IMG/VR virus record: IMGVR_UViG_3300002460_000002
Span: 1-64,000 of that record
From: an uncultured virus (IMG/VR IMGVR_UViG_3300002460_000002)
Lineage: Duplodnaviria; Heunggongvirae; Uroviricota; Caudoviricetes
Length of the DNA: 64,000 nucleotides
Direction: 5' to 3' (one strand)
Shown here: positions 26,159-36,112 of the stretch, one piece after another
Position numbering within the stretch: the first letter of the stretch is position 1
Layout: each line of letters starts with the position of its first letter
Translations under genes and position numbers: made by a program
Notes under the pieces: generated by a model
Database searches by the model: none
Told to the model about the DNA's origin: nothing
Seen by the model: the letters and a program-made list of their open reading frames with translations, nothing else

Positions 26159-27077
26159 TGGCCGCCCCCGCGATCTCACGCGCGACCGCGATCGAATTCT
26201 GATTTCTGTATCCCTGCCATGCTCCGGAAGTCGGCGACCACCTGAACCCGCACGACTTGAGACGGGTTCGGATCTCGACCGCGGGCTTGCCCGGGAAGTA
26301 GAGCCGCACACGGTTGTCGGCCGGGGCGTCTTCAAAGCGCGCGTTCGTCCCCTCGACCGAGCTGTCGGAAATCGCCTGATTCCGCTCGACGATCGCAACG
26401 CGGCCCTTCAACCGGCGGATGTTCGCCGCGTTGTTGGTCAACTCGTAGGCCGGGAAGCCGATGCGCCCGGCGAAATCCGGCTTCAGCAACGCGTACGCGA
26501 TCTGTTCACTCAGGCCGAGAGCCTGCAACGCGGCGACCTGTGAATCGTGGCCCTTGTGTCGGCGGATCGCGGCGTTGACGAGACGCATGTGCTCTTGTTT
26601 CGCTTCCAGCTTCGCGATCTTGTCGGTCAGGCGCTCGCCTGCGTCCGCGTCACCGGTCATGATCGGCTGTAGTTCAGGCTGCAAGATCTTCCGGATCGCG
26701 GCCAGCGCGCGCTCGCGGAATTCGATTAGTTCTTGCGTGCGTTTGTCGGCCGAGTCGCCGGACTTCGCGTGTCTACGCGTGTTGAAGTTCGACGGGCCCG
26801 CGATCATGGTCGAGACGCACCGAGACTTCGCGGCCAGCATCGCCACGTACCGTTGACGGTAGCCCTGCCGATACCTGTCGAACTCCGCCGGGAACGCGGC
26901 GCGCTTCTCGTCCGTGTCGGCCAGGGCCAAAAGCCGGTTGAAGTCCTGGGTGAGAGTGGCCTCGTAGCCAGCGCGCTCTTGGGCACCGCGCTCGCGGGGG
27001 GAGAAGGATGTCCCCTGGTGGGCGTGTTCGGCCAGATCGACCGGGATGTCGTCACAGAAGTCAGGACAGGTCAGCAT
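26145..27077 (-). CDS. Polyvalent-protein-type domain protein (DUF3560/LPD-like)
   Basis: MIAGPSNF, FPAYELTNNAANIRRL, DNRVRLYFPGKP...LKSCGFRWSP...AWQ. Confidence 0.6.
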   Translation of the reverse strand: MLTCPDFCDDIPVDLAEHAHQGTSFSPRERGAQERAGYEATLTQDFNRLLALADTDEKRAAFPAEFDRYRQGYRQRYVAMLAAKSRCVSTMIAGPSNFNTRRHAKSGDSADKRTQELIEFRERALAAIRKILQPELQPIMTGDADAGERLTDKIAKLEAKQEHMRLVNAAIRRHKGHDSQVAALQALGLSEQIAYALLKPDFAGRIGFPAYELTNNAANIRRLKGRVAIVERNQAISDSSVEGTNARFEDAPADNRVRLYFPGKPAVEIRTRLKSCGFRWSPTSGAWQGYRNQNSIAVAREIAGAANVKA

Positions 27078-27104
27078 GGGCGGGACTCCTCTCAGGTTCA
27101 GGGT

Positions 27105-27533
27105 TTACGTACCAGCACAAACGGGTCCAAGCCCCGTCAAAATCGACTCCGGAACGGTCAACTTCCGGCCACACTTGCCGCACCGGCCTGAATGGTAAAT
27201 CTCCACCGGACTGATATCAGCACCGGTGCACACCCGGGCCCACACCCACGCAAAGACGCGGGCGGACGGCGCGTCCGGCGAGATCCGACTCTTGGCAGTC
27301 ACCCGGAACGTCACACCGTCGAAGATGCACCCCAGATAGGTAAAATCCCCCTCGTTGTCCTGACCAGTCAGCACTTTGACGAAGTGTGGCGCACCCTCTT
27401 TTTTGCCCTTCATGATCTTGTAGGTGAATCGGTTACCTGTGATCGGGTTTTGAAAAGTCGCGGTCGCGTTACCGGCCAGCAAGTAAGCCTTTACCGCTGA
27501 AACAGATTCGATCTTCTTGCCATCTTGCGTCAT
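27105..27533 (-). CDS. DUF6011-like zinc-finger protein
   Basis: TGNRFTYKI...CGKCGRKLTVPESILTGLGPVC. Confidence 0.7.
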   Translation of the reverse strand: MTQDGKKIESVSAVKAYLLAGNATATFQNPITGNRFTYKIMKGKKEGAPHFVKVLTGQDNEGDFTYLGCIFDGVTFRVTAKSRISPDAPSARVFAWVWARVCTGADISPVEIYHSGRCGKCGRKLTVPESILTGLGPVCAGT

Positions 27534-27722
27534 GTTTATCTATCCTTCCTGTATCTGAGACTCTAGCGTCTTCCCAGGCATTCACCAAATAAAAACGTTT
27601 TATTTCAGCTTTTACGCGTTGTGATAGCGTTTCCTACGTGAATATCTCCCGCACCGTGCTAGTCTCATGAATAATAGACACACAACGGCCCACGCAAGTG
27701 GCCATATAAAAGGAAAGACCAA

Positions 27723-28856
27723 ATGAACACGGAAACCATCGCCCCCGCCACCTACATCCCCCCGACTTTCGGAGGCGTTCGCGCCAACGATCCACGGTCG
27801 CGGGCTTTCGCACAGGACCGGCTGCAGCAGTACATCCAGACCGGTCTACCGGTCGCCCAGTCGATCGTCAACCGGGTGATGACGCAGGTCCCCAGCGACG
27901 CGGTCGTGCGCGCGCCTGCGCTGCGCTTCGCTCCCGGCACCGGTGGGGTGTCGATCGGCTTCGGCTCCGCGGAGCGCACCCTGCACCGCAACGCCCTCGG
28001 GCAGATGGCCGGCCGCGCCGGGATCCCGCTGGCCTACGTGGACGGTCTGGCCGCGGGTGACGCCTGGAAACGCGACCTGCTCGCCCACACCCTGACCCAG
28101 CACTTCGGCCACGATGACGGCCGCTACCTGATCCGGTCGATCGGCTCGGACGTGCGCGGCTTCATGAGCGATCGGTACCGCCGGATCGACTGCCGCCCGG
28201 TCCTGGAGACCCTGATCCAGGCCGCGAGCAAGGCCGGCGCGCTGGTGGTGAACGGCACCGCATCGGACACCCGGGCCAGCCTGAAGATCATCCTCCCAGA
28301 GATCTTTGAGGCGGTCCCCGGCGAATTCGTCGCGTGGGGGCTCTCGTGGACCAACAGCGACTTCGGCAAGGGCGCGAACCAGCTCGAGGTCTTCGGCGTC
28401 CGTCTCGTGTGCTGGAACGGCATGGTGGCGGAAAAGGCCGTGCGCCAGATCCATCTCGGTCGCCAGATCGACGACGCGATCGAGTTTTCGGAACGCACGC
28501 TGCGTCTCGACACCGCAACTGCGGTCTCGGCCGTCAACGACGTCGCGGGTCACTACCTGTCACGCGACACGGTCAAGGGCTACCTCGGCGCCATCGTGGC
28601 GGCGAACGCGGCCCAGGTCGACGGCAAAGCGGCCGAGGCAGCGCTGGCCAAGCGCACCACGAAGGGGATCGCGGCCACGGTCGTCAAGGCCTTCAACGGC
28701 GCCGACGTGGTCGAGTTGCCCCCGGGCAACACCGATTGGCGCTGGTCGAACGCGATCTCGCTGGTCGCGCGCGACACCGCGGACGCGGACACGAAGATCG
28801 ACCTGGAAAGGCTCGCGGGCGATGTGCTCTCGCGACACGGGTTGAAGGCGGCGTAG
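27723..28856 (+). CDS. DUF932-like protein
   Basis: RGFMSDRYRRID, NSDFGKG, RLVCWNGMV; strong RBS and terminator. Confidence 0.7.
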   Translation: MNTETIAPATYIPPTFGGVRANDPRSRAFAQDRLQQYIQTGLPVAQSIVNRVMTQVPSDAVVRAPALRFAPGTGGVSIGFGSAERTLHRNALGQMAGRAGIPLAYVDGLAAGDAWKRDLLAHTLTQHFGHDDGRYLIRSIGSDVRGFMSDRYRRIDCRPVLETLIQAASKAGALVVNGTASDTRASLKIILPEIFEAVPGEFVAWGLSWTNSDFGKGANQLEVFGVRLVCWNGMVAEKAVRQIHLGRQIDDAIEFSERTLRLDTATAVSAVNDVAGHYLSRDTVKGYLGAIVAANAAQVDGKAAEAALAKRTTKGIAATVVKAFNGADVVELPPGNTDWRWSNAISLVARDTADADTKIDLERLAGDVLSRHGLKAA

Positions 28857-28872
28857 ACCTACATCACCATCA

Positions 28873-28910
28873 GAAAAAGACCGGGCTCCTAAAGGGGTCC
28901 GGTCTTTTTT
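28873..28910. terminator. Bidirectional intrinsic terminator
   Basis: GAAAAAGACCGGGCTCC-TAAA-GGGGTCCGGTCTTTTTT. Confidence 0.85.
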
Positions 28911-28931
28911 CGTTGTGGTATACCTACAAGC

Positions 28932-29003
28932 TGCGGGGTCGCCAAGTAGCAAGGCACCGGGCTCATAACCCGGCACGCGGCGGTGCAAATCCGTCTCCCG
29001 CTA
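28932..29003 (+). tRNA. tRNA-fMet (initiator), anticodon CAT, no encoded CCA
   Basis: Acceptor TGCGGGG/TCCCGCT with 1:72 mismatch; anticodon arm CCGGG-CTCATAA-CCCGG with three G-C pairs; T arm GGCGG-TGCAAAT-CCGTC. Confidence 0.85.
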
Positions 29004-29261
29004 CTAACCTGACACGATCTTGTGCAGCTGCAGCGCCTGCACGTTCGACAAGATCGGGTGCAGACCGGCCGCCATGCGCGCCGCGACTCCGGGCGCCAAC
29101 TTTTTGATCTTCATCCGCTGCCAGAGCGACAACGATCGACCCTTGCTCCGGACTCCGAGATCTTCCAGCAGTGTGCGCGCCTGTGCCACTTGCGCCGCAC
29201 TCACTCTCGACACGGGAACCGTCGGGTCACTGACCGATCGTACCGGAGCCCCGAGGATCAC
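29004..29261 (-). CDS. Hypothetical protein
   Basis: 85-aa ORF starting MILGA. Confidence 0.5.
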   Translation of the reverse strand: MILGAPVRSVSDPTVPVSRVSAAQVAQARTLLEDLGVRSKGRSLSLWQRMKIKKLAPGVAARMAAGLHPILSNVQALQLHKIVSG

Positions 29262-29605
29262 TTCTTGGCCCTCGCACCGTCGATGAACGCCCGCACGCTC
29301 TGATTCGTACCGGGCCAGGTCTCATCCGTCGGCAGTGGATACACGGTTGCCGGATAGGCCATGGCCAAGATCCCGGCCGCCGTCTTCGGCAATCCGAGCG
29401 CTCTCGCCCCTTCCGCTGCAAATTTCGCTTGCGTGTTCATCGCTCCTGCGTTTTGCGTACCGAAGATCGCGAGAATCCTGTGCAACAACACTGTAGGCGT
29501 TATCCCGACAGCGCCCGCCGGCACGACCCGGTTCTTGTAGCCTACAAGTGCCCCGAAACCCGCAATTCCGGCGATGACGCCGAGAGCGGTCAGAATGGCC
29601 TTCAT
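29258..29605 (-). CDS. N-terminal TM protein
   Basis: MKAILTALGVIAGIAGFGALVGY; promoter TTGACG-18-TAGTCT-6-ATG. Confidence 0.65.
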   Translation of the reverse strand: MKAILTALGVIAGIAGFGALVGYKNRVVPAGAVGITPTVLLHRILAIFGTQNAGAMNTQAKFAAEGARALGLPKTAAGILAMAYPATVYPLPTDETWPGTNQSVRAFIDGARAKK

Positions 29606-29649
29606 GACCGCAGACTAAACCAAATGGTGGTTGGACGTCAACCCCGTCA

Positions 29650-31497
29650 CTAACCCGGCAATCTCTTCTGCAACGCCTCGACCACTTCCTCGATAAATTC
29701 GTCGTCTTCTTCCGGCAAAAGCCGCTCGACCAGGACCTCGAACTGCCGCACCTTCAGCAACTCCATGGCCTGGGGAAACTCGTTTTTCTTGTGCAGGTCT
29801 GCCTGCGCACCCAGAATCGCATTCGCGACGTCGTTGGCATCAAGTTGATCAGCCGCGACCGCCATACGTAACGGTCCGATCGACGGAAAAACACTGCCAA
29901 AGAATACGCCGTCGGGCGTGTCTTGCACCAAGCCGCGGACCGCATCCGGTGTCGCTTGCGCCATTTCTGTGTAGGCCGCCGACACTTCTGCGGCCGTGAT
30001 CCCAGCCGGGATAACAGCATCCGGCTCGACGGAAATCGGCTTCACAATCGGATACACTCGCGCTGCGGCCGCCTCCCGCAACGCGTTCGGATCGTTCGGG
30101 TCAATTGGCTTCGCCGGTGTCACCGGTGTAGCAGGCTCGGCCGCCCGAAATTGTTGCCCTGGAGGTGCAACCGCCGCATCTCGTACCGGCGAAGAAACCG
30201 CGACAGGACGCCGCGGCGGTTGGTACTGCGGCTGTTGCTGCTGTCGAGTCAAGTACGCCTGACCGAGACCTCCGATCTGGTCGATGCCTCGCTGGATCAT
30301 GCCGACCCAAGCCGGTTCACCCTGGTCACCGGCCTCGCGCTGCAGCTTGACGATGTCCTGCATCATCCCCCACATACTCCGCATGCCTTCAAGCATTATG
30401 CTTTGTTCAGGGCCCTTGTCTTTCGCGAGGGTGAGCAACTCCATGATCTTCTCGGGCGGCATGATCCGATCCGCCAGCGCGCGAGTTGATTCCTGACTCG
30501 CGTGAGCCTGGACCGACGTCGCCTTGTCCATGGCCGACATCAGCGCGGTCGTACCTTGCTGGTTCGTTGACATGATCTGCGTGAGCAGGGCTGACAACGG
30601 CGCGATCGGGTCCGGCTTGTGGCTGGTCGCCTCCCGCATCATGTTTTCAAGCCGGTTGTTGGTCGCCGTGATCTCGGCCCGCAGTGTGTCGTCGCGGTGC
30701 CTGGCCGCCGCTTCCCGTTTCTCGTCCTCGAGCCGGCGCTCGGTCGTGGCCAGCTGCGCCTTCAGCATCTCCATCTCAGGGCTCGGGCCCGCAGGCTTTG
30801 CCGACAACTTCTCGAGCAGATCCTCGTAGCGCTTCGCCTGGGCTTCCTGCGCGAGACGAAACTCGGTCCGCAGATCTTGTTCTCGTCGTTGCTCGCGCTC
30901 GCTGCGCAACATGTCCATGACCGCGCTCTCCCCCGGGGCCGGCGTCATCGAGATCCCCATGCTGCCGACGGGCGAGGCCGGCGCGGCACCGAAGCCTCCC
31001 AACCCCGGCAACGGCATGCCCTGGCTCCACTCCATCATGGTGCGTTGAGGCGTTGTGAGAATGCCCTTCGTCGGATCGTGGGGAAACAACGTCAACCAGA
31101 AACCGTTGCCGATCTGCATCGGTTGACCCGGTGTCGCGCCGAAAGCCGTCCCGTTGCTCGGTGCCTGTGTTCCTGGATTCATCACGTCTGAGACCATCCC
31201 TTCATCCACCTGGTTTCCGAAAATCACGGCCCACTTGTCTTGTTCCCCGCCCTCCATGTCGGCGACGGTGAACTCGAACGCACCGGGCCCGTCTGTCCGC
31301 GCGACCTCGTCCATCATCTTGAACACGTCGTCAACCTTCTCAACCTTGACGCCGTTGCGGATCATTTTGTTGTTGCCGACGCCCTTCTGGCGCTTCACAC
31401 AAGTGAGACGAGGATCCGCCATCGGAATGATCTTGGCGGGATCCGGCAACGACTTCAGTTTGATTGGTTCGGCGCTCATCACCGTAAACTCTTGCAT
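29650..31497 (-). CDS. Large coiled-coil/Pro-rich hypothetical protein
   Basis: 615 aa, central E/R/Q-rich helical region flanked by Pro-rich linkers. Confidence 0.7.
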   Translation of the reverse strand: MQEFTVMSAEPIKLKSLPDPAKIIPMADPRLTCVKRQKGVGNNKMIRNGVKVEKVDDVFKMMDEVARTDGPGAFEFTVADMEGGEQDKWAVIFGNQVDEGMVSDVMNPGTQAPSNGTAFGATPGQPMQIGNGFWLTLFPHDPTKGILTTPQRTMMEWSQGMPLPGLGGFGAAPASPVGSMGISMTPAPGESAVMDMLRSEREQRREQDLRTEFRLAQEAQAKRYEDLLEKLSAKPAGPSPEMEMLKAQLATTERRLEDEKREAAARHRDDTLRAEITATNNRLENMMREATSHKPDPIAPLSALLTQIMSTNQQGTTALMSAMDKATSVQAHASQESTRALADRIMPPEKIMELLTLAKDKGPEQSIMLEGMRSMWGMMQDIVKLQREAGDQGEPAWVGMIQRGIDQIGGLGQAYLTRQQQQPQYQPPRRPVAVSSPVRDAAVAPPGQQFRAAEPATPVTPAKPIDPNDPNALREAAAARVYPIVKPISVEPDAVIPAGITAAEVSAAYTEMAQATPDAVRGLVQDTPDGVFFGSVFPSIGPLRMAVAADQLDANDVANAILGAQADLHKKNEFPQAMELLKVRQFEVLVERLLPEEDDEFIEEVVEALQKRLPG

Positions 31498-31527
31498 GAG
31501 AGAACGTTTTTTGGCAAGGTCTCAATT

Positions 31528-31953
31528 GTGAGCGGCAACGGCGATGACGTCCCAGACGACAAAAACCCGAAGGAGCGCGAGCTTCTCAACTCCGGCTGGA
31601 AACCGATCACGGTCACCGGCGGCGGAGGCCCCGACGGCGTCAAGGGCCTGGTTCAGCAGGTCACAGGGATCCAGACGAAGCCGTGCAACATGTGCCGGTC
31701 ATGGGAAAAAAACGATCGTCGCATCCGAGAGGTCGTGCACGCGGCGAAGAACATTGTGCTTCTTCCCGACGGCACGATGAAGCACAAGATCGATCTCGAT
31801 GTACCCGATCGTCAGACACAGACTTTCAACATCAACGATTTCGGTTGGTGTCGGTACTGGACCCAGCTCGCGCAGCAGCTTGCCAGTTGCGAGATGTGGA
31901 CCCCAACGCGCACCGTTTCCGACCTCATGAGGAAACTACCATCTCAACGTTGA
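31528..31953 (+). CDS. Hypothetical protein with CxxC
   Basis: Likely GTG start 31528; CNMC...GWC...SCEMW. Confidence 0.55.
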   Translation: MSGNGDDVPDDKNPKERELLNSGWKPITVTGGGGPDGVKGLVQQVTGIQTKPCNMCRSWEKNDRRIREVVHAAKNIVLLPDGTMKHKIDLDVPDRQTQTFNINDFGWCRYWTQLAQQLASCEMWTPTRTVSDLMRKLPSQR

Positions 31954-32309
31954 GATTAAACATCGAGCACTTGGTGATCCTGGGACTGCTGTGCGCCTCG
32001 GTGCATTGGCTGATCGCGCGCTCTCTGATCTTCGAGTGGCTTTGGTCGCGTGTGACGGGGTGGGGCCAGAGGTTGTTGAGCTGCCCAGCCTGCTGCGGGT
32101 TCTGGATTGCTCTCGCGCTAGGGGTAGCAGGGGTGCGGCCGGTGACGGGGTTGAGATGGTGGGTGGAAGTGACTGCGGCCGGGCTCTTGGGGGTGTACCT
32201 GACGCCAGTAGTAGAGGGTACGCTGTTGTGGGGCCTTGCAAGGTCATCTATGGTCATGACTACCGATGACACTACACCGGTAGTCACATATGGCAATGAC
32301 GATACGTGA
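31950..32309 (+). CDS. DUF1360-like membrane protein
   Basis: LLSCPACCGFWIA within hydrophobic helices. Confidence 0.6.
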   Translation: MRLNIEHLVILGLLCASVHWLIARSLIFEWLWSRVTGWGQRLLSCPACCGFWIALALGVAGVRPVTGLRWWVEVTAAGLLGVYLTPVVEGTLLWGLARSSMVMTTDDTTPVVTYGNDDT

Positions 32310-32325
32310 CCATCGGGGGTAAAGC

Positions 32326-32574
32326 GTGCCTATTCGGTCACCGGCCTGCTTTGAAATGCTCGCGACGCTAGAAGAGCACCAAGTCCTCACGGCGCGTGAA
32401 ATGGCCGACATCCTCGACATCCCCATACGCGCCGTCGCAAGACGTTTTTGGCGCGCGCGTCGCTACGGGCATCCACTAGTGAAGCGAAACCGAAAAACCG
32501 GCCGCCACTGGTTAACTGAAGCTGGCGCCATCCGTCTGGCTTGGTACCGTCTCAACTCTGAGAACGATAATTGA
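32326..32574 (+). CDS. Winged-helix DNA-binding protein
   Basis: LTAREMADILDIPIRAVARR...HWLTEAG. Confidence 0.65.
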   Translation: MPIRSPACFEMLATLEEHQVLTAREMADILDIPIRAVARRFWRARRYGHPLVKRNRKTGRHWLTEAGAIRLAWYRLNSENDN

Positions 32575-32607
32575 CACATCTGTAGTCGCTCTGCTACAGG
32601 TGTAGTC

Positions 32608-34335
32608 GTGAAGACGATCCACCTCGCCGATGGGCTTGATCTGCCGGCTGCGCAGGCCGCGGCCCAGCGCTACAGCTTTTTCGGCAAACCCGGATCCGGG
32701 AAATCAAACGCGCTCGGGGTGCTGATTGAAGGCCTCCTCGATGCCGGCGAGCAGGTCATCATCTTCGACCCGGCATCGATCCATTGGTCGTATCGCGTCG
32801 GGCGCGACGGGAAAAAACCTGCCCACAACATCGCCGTCATCGGTGGCGAACACGGCGACATGCCCCTGGTCCCGTCTTCTGGTGGACTCTTGGCCGACGC
32901 TCTTGCCGCTAGCTCGACATCAGCCGTCATTGATTCGTCCGACCTGACACTCGGGGATCAACGTCGTCTCGTCACTGACTTTTTCGAGCGGTTCTTCCAG
33001 GCCAAGAAGCGACACCGAACACCGGTGCTGGTCGTTCTTGAAGAAGCGCATGAGTACATCCCGCAGAACGTCCAACCCGGCGAAGCGCGAATGTTCGGCG
33101 CGATCCAACGCGCAGCAAAGATCGGCCGCAACTACGGCATCGGCCTTGCCACTGTTGACCACCGGCCGCAGGAGGTCAACAAATCGATCGTAAACCTCTC
33201 CGAGTTCATGGCCAACTTCCAGCTGGTCGGCGCGCACGAGCGTAAAGCCGTGAAGGAATGGATCACAAACAACGATCCAGAGCGTGCCGGGCTCGAGAAC
33301 GAGTTACCGACGTTGCCCCGCGGCACCGCACAGGTCTACTCCCCGACGTGGTTGAAGGTGTACGGAAAATTCGCGTTTCCTCTCAAGCAAACCTTCGATG
33401 CTGGCAAGACTCCCGAACGTGGCGCAGCCCAGGTCAAGCTCAAACCGATCGACATCGCGGGGTTGCGCACGTCGATGGAGACCGTCGAGAAAGAAGCTGA
33501 AGCCAACAATCCAAAGGTGCTGCAGAAGCGCATCGTCGAGCTAGAAAAGCAACTGGCCGCGAAACCTACCGCCGCAACAAAAACCGTCGAAGTCATCAAG
33601 GAGGTGCACGTGATTCCCCCGAAACTGAAAGCTGATCTAAAGGCGGTTCGCGCGAGTCTCATCAAGATCACGCACAATCTTGAGCAGACGATGACCGTCA
33701 TCCACGAAAGTGCGGCGAAGCTCGAAAAAATCGACGGCGGAAGTTTCGGTGGTGAATACTTAGAGACGCGACCGCATCCGGCCCAGGTCTCGCCACAGAA
33801 ACGTTTCGTGGCACCGGTACGACGTCCTGAATCTACTGACGGAGTGAAGCTGAAGTACGGTTGTATCAAGATGATCAACGCCATCGCCACCAGCAAGACT
33901 GGCACTCGCACCGCCTCTCAGATCGCGACACTCACCGGAATCAAAGTCACCGGTAGTACGTTCGCGAACTACAAGTCGTCCCTGGTAACCGGTGGTTACG
34001 TCGAAATCCTCGGAAATGAATGGGTACTGACTACGGCCGGTGACCGGCTCAAAAACACTGAACACGTTCCTGAAACCAACGAAGACCTCCTCACCTATTG
34101 GCGCCCTAAACTTAAAGCTGGTGCGCACAAGCTTCTCCATTACATCGTGCAAGAGGTTGGCGCCGGAAAAACCATCGAAAAAGAGGAATGGGCTTCGGCA
34201 GTTTCCAAACACGACGGTGAACCGCTCAACCCCGACGGCAGCACGCTGGCAAACTACATCTCGTTGCTGGTCACGAACGGCTTGGTCGTCAAAACCGGCC
34301 GTGGTGAGTTCACGCCCGGGGACGTGTTCACATGA
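32608..34335 (+). CDS. HerA/FtsK-superfamily ATPase (DUF87-like) with coiled coil and two C-terminal winged helices
   Basis: Walker A GKPGSGKS, Walker B LVVLEEAH, GRNYG, HRPQ; promoter TTGACA-18-TACAGG-7-GTG. Confidence 0.8.
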   Translation: MKTIHLADGLDLPAAQAAAQRYSFFGKPGSGKSNALGVLIEGLLDAGEQVIIFDPASIHWSYRVGRDGKKPAHNIAVIGGEHGDMPLVPSSGGLLADALAASSTSAVIDSSDLTLGDQRRLVTDFFERFFQAKKRHRTPVLVVLEEAHEYIPQNVQPGEARMFGAIQRAAKIGRNYGIGLATVDHRPQEVNKSIVNLSEFMANFQLVGAHERKAVKEWITNNDPERAGLENELPTLPRGTAQVYSPTWLKVYGKFAFPLKQTFDAGKTPERGAAQVKLKPIDIAGLRTSMETVEKEAEANNPKVLQKRIVELEKQLAAKPTAATKTVEVIKEVHVIPPKLKADLKAVRASLIKITHNLEQTMTVIHESAAKLEKIDGGSFGGEYLETRPHPAQVSPQKRFVAPVRRPESTDGVKLKYGCIKMINAIATSKTGTRTASQIATLTGIKVTGSTFANYKSSLVTGGYVEILGNEWVLTTAGDRLKNTEHVPETNEDLLTYWRPKLKAGAHKLLHYIVQEVGAGKTIEKEEWASAVSKHDGEPLNPDGSTLANYISLLVTNGLVVKTGRGEFTPGDVFT

Positions 34336-34529
34336 GCGACACCTTCACCACCGTCAGGATCAAGATCGGCAGCCATGAAAAAGCCCGGGAGATCGCCCAG
34401 TACGCGATGAAGAACGGTTGGGCCTCCCTCAACGCGACTTCCGACGATCGCGCTTCAATCTCCTCGGTGATCGCCGTCGCGATCGAGTGTCTGCACGAGC
34501 GCTTGAAGAAAGGACCGACCGCACCATGA
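34332..34529 (+). CDS. Small hypothetical protein (RHH-like pattern)
   Basis: TTVRIK...helix...ISSVIAVAIECL. Confidence 0.45.
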   Translation: MSDTFTTVRIKIGSHEKAREIAQYAMKNGWASLNATSDDRASISSVIAVAIECLHERLKKGPTAP

Positions 34530-34939
34530 CCGACCCCGTCGACAACCTACTTTCTCAACCGGTCACGATCCTGAATTCGTTTCTCGCCCAGGCGAAGGCC
34601 GCGCACATGGCCGTGGTGGTCTTCGCCGGCTTCGTGGAGAACAACGCAGCCAGGTTCATCTCTAAACACACCTTGAACGAAGGAACCGAAAAAGCCTTCC
34701 TCGGGAAGTTCCTGGCGACGGACGAGCACGCGGTGGACGCCGCGGCGATTGCCATCGCCAAAAGCTTCGGCGGCATACTTGGCAAGATGGGACCACCGCT
34801 AGGAGGTGATTTTGTTTGGAGCGACCTCAGCGACGACCAAAAAGAGCGCCTTCAAGCAGCCGCCCGCGCCGCCATCGAAGCCGCCCGCAGTCCTGAGCGC
34901 TCGAAAATTATCGGGCCTGGGGGTAAAGTACCATCATGA
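34526..34939 (+). CDS. Hypothetical protein
   Basis: ATG overlapping the upstream stop. Confidence 0.55.
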   Translation: MTDPVDNLLSQPVTILNSFLAQAKAAHMAVVVFAGFVENNAARFISKHTLNEGTEKAFLGKFLATDEHAVDAAAIAIAKSFGGILGKMGPPLGGDFVWSDLSDDQKERLQAAARAAIEAARSPERSKIIGPGGKVPS

Positions 34940-35196
34940 TCTCCCCCGAACTCACCCAGCTCCTCGGCATGATCGAAGCCGAATTTCAGAAACGCGGCTT
35001 GGTCTCCTACGTCCTCGCCGTGCACGACACGCCGGTTGATCTCGCAGGCAAGCGCAAGATCGATCCAACCACGACCAAGCCGTTCAACGAAGTTGCATTC
35101 CGCTCCAGCAACCCCGGCGTCATGCGGCCGTTCGTCGCGCAGAAACTCGAACTCGAAGATCCGTCGAACACGGTGCAGTGGGGCGGCGGGCGCTAG
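34936..35196 (+). CDS. Hypothetical protein
   Basis: ATGA-coupled ORF. Confidence 0.55.
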   Translation: MISPELTQLLGMIEAEFQKRGLVSYVLAVHDTPVDLAGKRKIDPTTTKPFNEVAFRSSNPGVMRPFVAQKLELEDPSNTVQWGGGR

Positions 35197-35217
35197 ATCG
35201 GCGCAACGTTGATGCCC

Positions 35218-35502
35218 CTAAATGTCTTTCGTTAACCCGTACAAAACCTCACCCGCGCGCAGCATGGCATCTGCGCAAACAGCCTCTTTCCCGTTAACGC
35301 GCATCATTCCATCTCGACGAATCTCCCAGATGCCGTCCTGCCACACGCAAAGGCGCCAGCGGTTGACAACGGCGCACAGGTGCCAGGGATCAGCGTAGGT
35401 ATCCCATTTAATTGTAATGCCGTGTAATCGGGTGTACGTGCTGATGGCGCCCGGCATTTTTCGTTTTCGTGCCGGCGCCTTTTTGGTCTTGTCTTTGCTC
35501 AT
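35218..35502 (-). CDS. Hypothetical protein
   Basis: AAGGA RBS. Confidence 0.5.
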   Translation of the reverse strand: MSKDKTKKAPARKRKMPGAISTYTRLHGITIKWDTYADPWHLCAVVNRWRLCVWQDGIWEIRRDGMMRVNGKEAVCADAMLRAGEVLYGLTKDI

Positions 35503-35526
35503 CTGTTTTTCCTTCTCATCGTCGCA

Positions 35527-35763
35527 TCAAACAGGCTTCGCCCACTTCTCCCACAACTCGACCATGAACGCCGAGATCTCCTCGCGCTCGGCCTGGGTCA
35601 GCAACGGCTCGCGCCGATCCACGTCCGGGTCGAAGATTTCAACCTCGCCGTCGTACCCCTGAAACAGATCGCGGCTTCCGTCCGCCGAGATGCCGAGGAT
35701 CCCACGGTTGGCTTTGATCTCGCGACCGGTCGCCAACTCGAAAACACCTTTTCGGGATTTCAT
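35527..35763 (-). CDS. Hypothetical protein
   Basis: ATGA-coupled ORF. Confidence 0.55.
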   Translation of the reverse strand: MKSRKGVFELATGREIKANRGILGISADGSRDLFQGYDGEVEIFDPDVDRREPLLTQAEREEISAFMVELWEKWAKPV

Positions 35764-35963
35764 GTGTGAAACTCCTTCAACTCCTCATACGCACGAATCA
35801 TCGCCACAAGATCTCCCTCGACCAACGCCTTCGTTGCGTCATCGAGCGCCTTACGCATCATCGTGAGTGCGAATGTGCCTGCGAGACCGATCTCCATGTA
35901 GGCCGGCATGACCTTGTCGCGAACCCGCGCCATCTCGGCCGGAAGAGCTTCACCCAGGTTCAT
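35760..35963 (-). CDS. Hypothetical protein
   Basis: ATGA-coupled 67-aa ORF. Confidence 0.55.
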   Translation of the reverse strand: MNLGEALPAEMARVRDKVMPAYMEIGLAGTFALTMMRKALDDATKALVEGDLVAMIRAYEELKEFHT

Positions 35964-36109
35964 GCCTTCTTGACCTTCTGCTTCGGGATCGCCTTGTCTA
36001 GCGCCACTTCCACGACGTCCTGGATCGTCTGCCCTGACTCGGCCGCGTGCACCCGGATGCGGTGGTGCAGCTCGGGGTCGACCCGCACGGCCATGATTTT
36101 CTTTTCCAC
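35960..36109 (-). CDS. Ribbon-helix-helix regulator, 49 aa (not in ORF track)
   Basis: MEKKIMAVRVDPELHHRIRVHAAESGQTIQDVVEVALDKAIPKQKVKKA. Confidence 0.75.
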   Translation of the reverse strand: MEKKIMAVRVDPELHHRIRVHAAESGQTIQDVVEVALDKAIPKQKVKKA

Positions 36110-36112
36110 TGG

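Noticed and set aside
28932..29003. tRNA as prophage attachment site
   Set aside because: No duplicated 3' end, no integrase, and viral-type genes on both sides.
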